A stretch of 32,000 nt of DNA from Candidatus Kuenenia stuttgartensis (GTDB lineage Bacteria; Planctomycetota; Brocadiia; Brocadiales; Brocadiaceae), in the NCBI RefSeq assembly GCF_900232105.1, contig NZ_LT934425.1:3600001-3632000 (forward strand), given 5' to 3'. A model generated the notes under the pieces. It was not told the DNA's origin, did not search any database, and saw only the letters and a list, made by a program, of their open reading frames with translations. Positions 24,615 through 32,000 of this stretch are shown here, piece by piece (within the stretch, counting starts at the first letter, position 1; each line of letters starts with the position of its first letter). Made by a program: the position numbers and the translations under genes.

Positions 24615-25739
24615 ATGAGAATAATATTTGCGGGTGGCGGTACAGGCGGCCACCTTATTGCTGGAATTAGCGCTGCAGAAGAGATTCGCATGAGATTCCA
24701 TAATGCAGAAATTATGTTTTGCGGCACGGAGAAAAAGTTTGAAGAGGAATATGTTGTACAACAAGGGTTTCGGTTTCAGAAAATACATGCAAAAAAATGG
24801 GAAAGATCATTTAAGGGGATTTTTGTATTCCTTAGAATGGCAATTTTAGGGGTGATTGAATCTCTTTTCCTGCAGCGAAAATTCAAGCCTGATATTGTAG
24901 TAGGGTTGGGGGGATATGCTTCTTTTGCGCCAATTATTGCGGCAAAATTACTGTGCATCCCTTCCGTATTGCTTGAACAAAATGTGGTGCCAGGTAAGGC
25001 GAATTTGTTTTTGGCAAGATGGGCGGATGAGGTGTGTTGCCATTGGCGTTCTTCTCTCAAATGGTTTGCAAAGGCAAAGAAGGTAAATGTTACCGGGACG
25101 CCTATCCGTAAGGGAATAGTGTCTGGCAGGAAGAAGAACTATTATGAAAAATTTGGTTTCGATAGCGCAAAATATACCATTGTAGTCACTGGTGGAAGCC
25201 AGGGCGCACAGGCAATTAATGAGGTTATGGTGAAAAGTCTACATAAACTGGAACCGTTTTCAGAGAAGATACAAATAATTCACTGTGCGGGCGAGCATGG
25301 ATATGAATGCGTAAAAAAAGGATACAGGCAAACAAAGATTAATTCTTTTGTATGTAGTTTTCTAAATGAAATGGATGCGGCGCTTAATATAGCAGATATT
25401 GTTATATGCAGGGCAGGTGCAACAACAATTGCTGAAATTACCGCAATTGGTATTCCAGCTATTCTTATACCCTACCCTTACGCCGCCGATAATCACCAAT
25501 ACTGGAATGCAGTTGAAGTGGAGAAAAACGGCGGTGGATATTTATTGCCACAGATTGATTTAACGCCTGAAAAGATTGTTGAAATTATTATTGACCTTAT
25601 CAGAAACAAGGAAAAATACGAGAGAATGAAGATGTTTAGTAAAGAAATGGGGCGTCCGAATGCCTCTGTTTGTGTTGTAGATACGATAAGCAGACTAATT
25701 AGCTACAGGGAGACGCGAGTAGCATTGCTCGCCAGATAA
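24615..25739 (+). CDS. murG: Undecaprenyldiphospho-muramoylpentapeptide beta-N-acetylglucosaminyltransferase
   Basis: GGTGGH N-terminal motif, TGGSQGA, and the RAGATTIAEI...GIPAILIP block. Confidence 0.9.
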   Translation: MRIIFAGGGTGGHLIAGISAAEEIRMRFHNAEIMFCGTEKKFEEEYVVQQGFRFQKIHAKKWERSFKGIFVFLRMAILGVIESLFLQRKFKPDIVVGLGGYASFAPIIAAKLLCIPSVLLEQNVVPGKANLFLARWADEVCCHWRSSLKWFAKAKKVNVTGTPIRKGIVSGRKKNYYEKFGFDSAKYTIVVTGGSQGAQAINEVMVKSLHKLEPFSEKIQIIHCAGEHGYECVKKGYRQTKINSFVCSFLNEMDAALNIADIVICRAGATTIAEITAIGIPAILIPYPYAADNHQYWNAVEVEKNGGGYLLPQIDLTPEKIVEIIIDLIRNKEKYERMKMFSKEMGRPNASVCVVDTISRLISYRETRVALLAR

Positions 25740-25748
25740 CTCCTTTTT

Positions 25749-25884
25749 GGTAACACTTTAGCTTTTTGAAAAATTCCAATAATAGCGATGTTTGCCGTAT
25801 AGTATAGGGGGCGAAGCATTTGCTACGAATAGTTATAAATGCGTTCATGCTCAAACGGACAAATGCTTCGCCCCTACTTTTTTT
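25749..25884. repeat. Solo MITE end plus 15-bp GC-rich hairpin (copy D fragment) between murG and murC
   Basis: ggtaacactttagctttttgaaaaattcc (25749-25777) matches the left TIR of copies A and B. It is followed by the stem ggggcgaagcatttg / caaatgcttcgcccc (25808-25822 / 25860-25874) and a T-run. No matching second TIR found. Confidence 0.65.
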
Positions 25885-25999
25885 GTGAAAGAAGAACAAA
25901 ATCCTGGTACGTGATTTTTGCTGTTAAAATAAGCAAAACCCATGTTTCAAAAAATAGTTTTAAAGTGGAGAAACGTGTATACAACATACAACAAAAACA

Positions 26000-27502
26000 A
26001 TGGATATATCCTTAGCGCATACAACATCATCAGTTAATAACAGATTTTTTAATTACAAGCCTTTGCGCGGAAACCGTGTTTATTTTATCGGGATTGGCGG
26101 GAATGGGATGAGTGCGCTTGCACGTATTCTTGTGAGTGAAGGGTGTATTGTTGCCGGTTCTGATATTCTGCTATCGCCGCTTATTTCTTCACTGGAAAAA
26201 ATAGGAGTGACGGTTAACTCAAAACAAGATGGAAGTATGATGTCATTGGAAACTGATATGGTGATAGTTTCTGCCGCGATTCAGGAGGGCAATCCGGAAC
26301 TGAAAGTCGCAAGACAATTGGGCATTAAGGTGGTAAAATACTCTCAAATACTTGGCTCTTTAATGCAGGAAAAGAGAGGCATTGCAATTAGCGGTACACA
26401 TGGAAAAACAACCACCAGCGCAATGATTTCCACTATTTTAAAAAAAGCGGAATTGGATCCTACCTATGTTATCGGTGGAGAAGTCCCTGATATCGGAGGA
26501 AATGCTCATTTAGGCAAGGGGAATTTGTTTGTGGCAGAGGCCTGTGAGTATAATAGTTCATTCCTCGACCTGGTTCCTTCCATAGGAGTGATTACAAATA
26601 TAGAGGAAGACCATTTAGACTATTATGGCAATCTTGAGGAAATAGTAAATGCTTTTGGACATTTTGCAAACCTGATAGCAAAAAATGGTTTGTTAGTAGT
26701 GAATGATGACGACAGAAATGTTGCAGTTGCTGCGAAAAGATCCGTTTGTAAGAGAGAAACTTACTCACTACGGCATACTTCTCATTGGTATGCAAAAAAG
26801 ATTCTTCCTACTACTCAGGGTATAAATAAATTCAGGGTTTACAATAGAGGCAAAATCTTCGGCGATTTTTGGTTAAAGATTCCAGGGTCGCATAACATAT
26901 TGAATGCACTTGCCGCTATTGCCGTTTGTACATCTATTGGCGTTGATAAAGAAATTATAAAAACTTCATTGGAGTCTTTTAAAGGTGCAAAAAGGCGTTT
27001 TCAAATTGTTGCCATAAAGAATAATATTACAATAATTGATGATTATGCTCACCATCCCACGGAAATAGACGTCACCCTGAAAGCAGCGCGCGAGCTTTAT
27101 CCCGCAAGAAAAATATGTTGTGTGTATCAACCGCATCAGTATAGCAGAACAAGGCATTTGTTGAAAAAACTCTCGGAATCGTTTTATCTTGCAGATAAAG
27201 TAGCGCTGGCAGATATTTATGAGTCACGCGACAATGATTTTGAAAAAACTTCAATTAGTTCATTAAAATTGTATGAAGAAATTCGCAAAACAGGCGTCGA
27301 TATACAATATTATCCGCAAATGGAATACATTACAGACATGCTTTGTTTGAATGCGAAGCCTGGAGATGTTATTATTACGATGGGTGCGGGCGATATTTGG
27401 AAAGTGGCGCATGAACTTGCGGAAAGAATAGGAACAACATATAGTGCAGAAAAAAAGAATCAGGGGGCGTATTGCAATACGCCCCTACCGGGAATACTAT
27501 AA
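26000..27502 (+). CDS. murC: UDP-N-acetylmuramate--L-alanine ligase
   Basis: FIGIGGNGMSALA, GTHGKTTTSAM, DDYAHHPTEI and TMGAGDI motifs. The last ~13 codons are encoded by a palindromic repeat. Confidence 0.9.
   Translation: MDISLAHTTSSVNNRFFNYKPLRGNRVYFIGIGGNGMSALARILVSEGCIVAGSDILLSPLISSLEKIGVTVNSKQDGSMMSLETDMVIVSAAIQEGNPELKVARQLGIKVVKYSQILGSLMQEKRGIAISGTHGKTTTSAMISTILKKAELDPTYVIGGEVPDIGGNAHLGKGNLFVAEACEYNSSFLDLVPSIGVITNIEEDHLDYYGNLEEIVNAFGHFANLIAKNGLLVVNDDDRNVAVAAKRSVCKRETYSLRHTSHWYAKKILPTTQGINKFRVYNRGKIFGDFWLKIPGSHNILNALAAIAVCTSIGVDKEIIKTSLESFKGAKRRFQIVAIKNNITIIDDYAHHPTEIDVTLKAARELYPARKICCVYQPHQYSRTRHLLKKLSESFYLADKVALADIYESRDNDFEKTSISSLKLYEEIRKTGVDIQYYPQMEYITDMLCLNAKPGDVIITMGAGDIWKVAHELAERIGTTYSAEKKNQGAYCNTPLPGIL
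27464..27485. repeat. Perfect 22-bp palindrome ggggcgtattgcaatacgcccc inside the 3' end of murC
   Basis: Self-complementary across its whole length, read directly. Translates as GAYCNTP within MurC. Confidence 0.85.
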
Positions 27503-27514
27503 AGCAGGCATAAA

Positions 27515-28519
27515 ATGAGAACACGAAATATTGCAGTACTGATGGGGGGCGTTTCTCCTGAGCGTGAAATATCTTTAAGATCGGGTAATGCCGTAGCAAA
27601 GGCGCTAAAAGATGCGGGAAACAATGTTATTTGTATTGATGTAAAGGATGAAGACATAAAAGAACTCGATCATGAGGAGATTGATGTCGCATTCATTGCA
27701 TTACACGGTTACTTTGGAGAAGACGGGGGGGTTCAGCAGCTTTTGGAAGTAAAAGGCATTCCCTATACAGGTTCAGGGGTTAACGCCAGCAGGATTGCCA
27801 TGGATAAGGTGGAATCGAAACGATGTTTTTTGTATGCCGGACTCAAGACGCCGGAGTATTTCTTGCTAAAGAAACCCGTAAATCTGGCAGAGATAGAGCA
27901 AGAGATTCAAGAGTTTGGTTTGCCAGTAGTAATAAAACCAACGAACGGCGGCTCGAGCATAGGGGTATCCATAATTAAAGAGGGCAACAATTTTCATTAT
28001 CATGTTGGAGAAGCATTAAAGTGTGGCGATGAAGCGTTTGTTGAAAGATATGTATCTGGCAGGGAGTTTACGATTGGAATACTGGATAGCAGGTCATTGC
28101 CAATTATAGAGATTTGTGTAGCAGATGATTTTTTTGATTATAATGCGAAATACAATAGCGGTAAAACAAGATATTTTGTAATAAATAAAACCTTTGAAAA
28201 CAAAACAAACATATTGAATACCCCTTGTTGCGATGTTGGTTTTCTGGATGCTGCGTTGTATGATAAAGCTCAGGAATTGGCTATTGAGGCACACAATGCT
28301 ATAGGTTGCAGAGGGTTTTCCAGAGTGGATATTTTGCTGGATAATAAGAATGATTTTTACATATTGGAAGTCAATACAATCCCGGGTTTTACAGAAAAAA
28401 GCTTATTGCCGATGGCGGCAAGGGCAGCAGATATTTCTTTCACATCATTATGTGAAAAAATTGTCGATCTTGCTTCACAAAAGAATTTTGTAAGTATAGA
28501 TGGGTCGATTAAAAATTAA
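27515..28519 (+). CDS. ddl: D-alanine--D-alanine ligase
   Basis: IAVLMGGVSPEREISLRSG, ALHGYFGEDGGVQ, VIKPTNGGSSIGV and EVNTIPGFT motifs. Confidence 0.9.
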   Translation: MRTRNIAVLMGGVSPEREISLRSGNAVAKALKDAGNNVICIDVKDEDIKELDHEEIDVAFIALHGYFGEDGGVQQLLEVKGIPYTGSGVNASRIAMDKVESKRCFLYAGLKTPEYFLLKKPVNLAEIEQEIQEFGLPVVIKPTNGGSSIGVSIIKEGNNFHYHVGEALKCGDEAFVERYVSGREFTIGILDSRSLPIIEICVADDFFDYNAKYNSGKTRYFVINKTFENKTNILNTPCCDVGFLDAALYDKAQELAIEAHNAIGCRGFSRVDILLDNKNDFYILEVNTIPGFTEKSLLPMAARAADISFTSLCEKIVDLASQKNFVSIDGSIKN

Positions 28520-29420
28520 AAAATCTCTGAACCACACATTTACATTCAAATCTCTTGTGCCGTCTATTTTTGAAAAACTTCATTGGTTCCATCGGCAGCT
28601 ATACCCCTTTTTATTAAAATTTGCGGGAGTGGTTTGTATTGTAATTTTTACCATTTGGGGACTAAAGGAAGTATGGAATACACTCACCGATTTAAGTATA
28701 TTTAAAGTGAATCCTGCTACTTTGACATTTAATGTACCGCCATGGATGGATAATCGTTTTTCCGAAGATATAAAACAAGTAGAGGCATTGCATCGCCATT
28801 ATAGTTTATATGAAAGGGACATAGCGAATAGGATAGCAACGATATATGGCGATATGGTAGTGATTAAAAAAGTCGATGTGGTAAAGCGTGTATTTCCCAA
28901 TAAACTCAACATCAGGTTTACGATGCGCAGGCCGTTTGCTTTGATAAAAAAAGGGGAGAATTCTTATCTTGTTGATGAAGAAGGGGTATTGTTGCCAAAA
29001 GAATATTATAAATTCTCTGATGTCGATTATATAAGCCCTTACATTCAAAGCAGAAGGTTATCCAGGCTGCCATTGCCGGGAAAAGAGTGGAATGATAAGA
29101 AGATAAAGGCAGGAGTAGCATTGGTGAAATTTCTCAGGATAAATAACATACACAACCTCTTTGGAATTGTAACTGTGGATGTAACAAATGTGCATAGAGA
29201 GAAATATTCCCGGGGAAGTGATATTATTTTGTGGACGGAAAACAATACCCAGATTCGTTGGGGCTGCTCTTCATTATTCAAGTCTCCGGATGAGCTCACC
29301 GACGAAGAGAAACTTCAAAATCTCTTGAGTATTGCAAAGATTGAGGGTACGAGCTTGAAACAAATGGAGTACGTTGACGTGAGATGGAGCAAACCTGTCG
29401 GCAAAAGATGGGGAAACTAA
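28500..29420 (+). CDS. ftsQ: FtsQ-like cell-division protein (bitopic, POTRA-type region)
   Basis: Canonical position after ddl, with a 20-bp overlap. One TM helix (FLLKFAGVVCIVIFTIWGL) and a periplasmic beta-rich domain. Sequence similarity judged weak. Confidence 0.6.
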   Translation: MGRLKIKKSLNHTFTFKSLVPSIFEKLHWFHRQLYPFLLKFAGVVCIVIFTIWGLKEVWNTLTDLSIFKVNPATLTFNVPPWMDNRFSEDIKQVEALHRHYSLYERDIANRIATIYGDMVVIKKVDVVKRVFPNKLNIRFTMRRPFALIKKGENSYLVDEEGVLLPKEYYKFSDVDYISPYIQSRRLSRLPLPGKEWNDKKIKAGVALVKFLRINNIHNLFGIVTVDVTNVHREKYSRGSDIILWTENNTQIRWGCSSLFKSPDELTDEEKLQNLLSIAKIEGTSLKQMEYVDVRWSKPVGKRWGN

Positions 29421-29445
29421 AAGGCACAAGGGGGGGTAAAATTAT

Positions 29446-29473
29446 TTGACATTTCATGCTATGGTGATAAAAT
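29446..29473 (+). promoter_or_regulatory. Strong sigma70-type promoter (TTGACA-16-TGaTAAAAT)
   Basis: TTGACA at 29446-29451, a 16-nt spacer, TG at 29465-29466 and TAAAAT at 29468-29473. It lies about 245 nt upstream of tRNA-Leu. Confidence 0.5.
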
Positions 29474-29717
29474 TTACTAGGTTTTTTTAAGTGATTAGAT
29501 AGATATAAGTTAAGAAAAATGTGCACACCTCTTGAAGTGGTATTGATTTTGATTGCCCGTTTTGCGAAGGTAATGAATATATCGAAAGAAAAGGGTTGTT
29601 TAATAGTATAAATGGAATAATATAATAAAGTATTAAAAGTATCATTGAAGTTGAGAAAGCCGGAAGTTGTTATAAAAATAGACAGAAGTTGCCACAGTAA
29701 AAGCACATCAACAAAAT

Positions 29718-29804
29718 GCGGAAGTGGTGGAATCGGCAGACACGCTAGCTTGAGGGGCTAGTCCCTTAACCGGGGTGGGGGTTCAAATCCCCCCTTCCGC
29801 ACCA
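29718..29804 (+). tRNA. tRNA-Leu (anticodon GAG), class II with long variable arm, CCA encoded
   Basis: Acceptor stem GCGGAAG/CTTCCGC. Anticodon stem-loop CTAGC-TTGAGGG-GCTAG. Variable arm TCCCTTAACCGGGGT. T-arm GGGGG-TTCAAAT-CCCCC. Terminal ACCA. Confidence 0.9.
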
Positions 29805-29922
29805 TTCGATATTCCCCCGCCAGTTAAATTTGGTATGACAATGCAATTGATGACACATCTACAAACATAAATAAAGGGCAGAAAGTAATGTTTGGATATT
29901 TTTCTCTTTTTGGAGAGGCAGC

Positions 29923-31935
29923 GTGGGAATGAATAAATGCACACGTGTTTTTATCATGATTGTTTTTGCACTTTTATCCGGGTGTAAAGAAACGCAGATA
30001 AAGCAAACAGATTTTACGCCTTTTAGAAAACCCATTTCGCTTTCAACTACCACGGAAAAAGTAGAAAAAAAATCGTGGGAATATGAAGTGATGCCGGAGA
30101 AGGAGGTTTTAGGAGGAAAGAAAGAGGGAGTACCGGATGAAATTATATATCCTTCTGAGTACAGAAGGCCTGAACCGGCGCTCTATAAACCAGCGTATAC
30201 CGGGGAAAAAATTGATATTGCACTCAACTTTGATGATGCAGAAATCAAGGATGTGGTACAGGTAATATTGGGGGAAATTTTAAATGTGAATTATGTGTTG
30301 GATAAAAGAGTTGGGGGAAAAGTAAACCTTCATGCCAGCGGAGAAGTCTATAAAGAAGAATTGATCTCTATGCTTAATTCACTCCTTTATGTGTATAATT
30401 TTACGATACTGAAAGACGGGAATCTATACAATGTGCTGCCGCAGGCGGAAGCCAGACGGGAAACAAGTATCATTATACACGGAGATAAAATTCCCGAATG
30501 GAGTAAAGATATTATTATTCAAATTGTGCCATTGAAATATGCCGACCCGAAAAAATTGAGTTCAACCGTGAAGCAATTCATGTCTAGTATTGGAAATATT
30601 GTTACCCACGAAGACTTTCCCTATTTAATGATTATCGATAATGCCTCTGTAATGGAAAAACTGCTTACCATAATAAAAATATTTGATGTGCCTTTTTTAG
30701 CAGGGAAAGCCATGAGATTTTATGAGTTTAAATATGTTGATGCACGGAATATGTCGAAGGATCTTGGGAGTTTGGCAAAATCTTTAGGGGCAAAGGTCGG
30801 AGGGGACGGGGAATTTGATTTTGTGCCATTCTCAGATACAAATAAATTGATAGTGATTACGAAACTCCCGGAACTCTTGCCTAAAATAGACATGTGGATA
30901 AAAAATATCGATGTTCCTCCCACGCAGTTAGACGAGGAAATGAGAGTGTATATATATAAAGTTCAGCACCAGAAAGCAGAGACAATTGTGCCGATTATCA
31001 CTCAGATGTATAGCGAAAAGATGGCGGCGCAGCCGAAGAAGCTTGGAAGAGATATAGTAGAATCAATGAAGGTGCTTGCGGACACTGAAACCAATTCGGT
31101 CATTATGAAGACCTTTCCCAGTGATTACAAGAGCATTAAAGCTATTATAGAAGCAATTGATGCAACCCCGCAACAGGTGTTTATAGAAGTATTGATTGTA
31201 GAAGTCACTCGTAACGATACATTAGACTACGGAACGGAGTGGTTGTGGTCGGGAAGTAATTTGCAAGTATATGGGGTAGGTGATATTGCAAGGGCTGCCG
31301 GTAATGCAGCGGTGCAGTTTACCAACACATTTGCGAAAGGGAGCTTTGAAATTCTTATTGATATTCTCGCCACAAGTTCTAATGCAAAAATACTTTCTGC
31401 GCCGCATATATTAGTACGGGACGAACAACCGGCAAGTATTCAGGTGGGAGAAGAGGTGCCGATTCTTACCAGTTCCGGCCAACAGACGGGCACTACGATT
31501 ACTTTTGAACAGGTACAGTATCGTGATACTGGTATTATCCTTACCGTTACACCACATATTGCCGAAAATGGCCTTATTACACTGGAGGTAAATCAGGAAG
31601 TAAGCAATGCTAAACTAACAGACACAGGCGTTGAGAAATCCCCGACGTTTTCCACTCGTCAGGTGCAAACTTCGCTGGTGATAAAAAGCGGCCATACGAT
31701 AGGTCTTGGTGGTATTATTGAACAAAAAAATGAGAAAGAGGTGAAAAAAATCCCTCTTTTGGGTGATATTCCCTATCTGGGAAATTTGTTTAAGGCGACA
31801 TCGCTTATTGATAAGAGGACTGAGTTAATAATGTTAATTACACCATATATTGCAAATAACGCAGAAGATGCCGATTCGTTAACGCAGGCATTCGAGAAAA
31901 AATTGCAGGAAATTGATTTTCTGGTAAACCAGTAG
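29923..31935 (+). CDS. gspD: Type II secretion / type IV pilus-type secretin (GspD/PilQ family) with lipoprotein signal
   Basis: Secretin C-domain blocks: ILSAPHILVRDEQPASIQVGEEVPI, VQYRDTGIILTVTP, IPLLGDIPYLGNLFK and TELIMLITPYI. The N-terminus ...FALLSGC looks like a lipobox. GTG 29923 or ATG 29929 could be the start. Confidence 0.85.
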   Translation: MGMNKCTRVFIMIVFALLSGCKETQIKQTDFTPFRKPISLSTTTEKVEKKSWEYEVMPEKEVLGGKKEGVPDEIIYPSEYRRPEPALYKPAYTGEKIDIALNFDDAEIKDVVQVILGEILNVNYVLDKRVGGKVNLHASGEVYKEELISMLNSLLYVYNFTILKDGNLYNVLPQAEARRETSIIIHGDKIPEWSKDIIIQIVPLKYADPKKLSSTVKQFMSSIGNIVTHEDFPYLMIIDNASVMEKLLTIIKIFDVPFLAGKAMRFYEFKYVDARNMSKDLGSLAKSLGAKVGGDGEFDFVPFSDTNKLIVITKLPELLPKIDMWIKNIDVPPTQLDEEMRVYIYKVQHQKAETIVPIITQMYSEKMAAQPKKLGRDIVESMKVLADTETNSVIMKTFPSDYKSIKAIIEAIDATPQQVFIEVLIVEVTRNDTLDYGTEWLWSGSNLQVYGVGDIARAAGNAAVQFTNTFAKGSFEILIDILATSSNAKILSAPHILVRDEQPASIQVGEEVPILTSSGQQTGTTITFEQVQYRDTGIILTVTPHIAENGLITLEVNQEVSNAKLTDTGVEKSPTFSTRQVQTSLVIKSGHTIGLGGIIEQKNEKEVKKIPLLGDIPYLGNLFKATSLIDKRTELIMLITPYIANNAEDADSLTQAFEKKLQEIDFLVNQ

Positions 31936-31947
31936 GCAGGTGAGGTG

Positions 31948-32000
31948 ATGAAATTCATTTTGTCTCAAAAAAGAAAAGGATTTACCCTGCTTGAGGTTAT
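31948..32000 (+). CDS. Prepilin-type N-terminal cleavage/methylation domain protein (pseudopilin/pilin), first 17 codons only
   Basis: MKFILSQKRKGFTLLEV carries the G/FTLLE class III signal motif. RBS AGGTGAGG upstream. Runs off the window end. Confidence 0.7.
   Translation, partial: MKFILSQKRKGFTLLEV

Overview
AT-rich bacterial chromosomal segment. Lineage cannot be set from sequence alone; the FtsZ/FtsA-less dcw cluster and the repeat load would fit a Planctomycetota/anammox-type genome, which is inference only.

- **1-14.5 kb, mixed housekeeping and accessory genes:** nadA (partial), an aldehyde dehydrogenase, a VanZ-like membrane protein, an orphan DNA methyltransferase beside a RAYT/IS200-type HUH transposase homologue, csp, rpoD, a CxxC glutaredoxin-like protein, a zinc-ribbon membrane protein, yqeY, a PilZ-REC-REC protein, class II ribonucleotide reductase and queA.
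- **14.8-29.4 kb, division/cell-wall (dcw) cluster:** mraZ-rsmH-ftsL-ftsI-orf87-murE-murF-mraY-ftsW-murG-murC-ddl-ftsQ, preceded by four 10-bp-phased AAGTGG MraZ-type boxes. murD, murB, ftsA and ftsZ are missing from their canonical slots.
- **29.7-32 kb:** tRNA-Leu(GAG), a lipoprotein-type GspD-family secretin and the start of a pseudopilin.

The most unusual content is non-coding.

1. A MITE-like family has 25-bp terminal inverted repeats. Two full ~0.3 kb copies each carry their own 6-bp target duplication; there is also one degenerate copy and one solo end. The interior is built from exchangeable GCTCC-loop-GGAGC hairpin cassettes rich in GTAG/CTAC.
2. Other long palindromes fill every sizeable gap of the dcw cluster, and one lies inside the 3' end of murC.
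3. The RAYT-like gene in the window keeps its HUH motif but appears to have His in place of the catalytic Tyr.

Other leads are an unannotated 30-codon arginine-rich ORF with a strong RBS, a terminator-like hairpin in the csp leader, and an uncharacterised 87-aa gene with its own promoter and RBS between ftsI and murE. No CRISPR array, rRNA or recognisable defence operon was seen. No single obvious novel multi-gene system was found.
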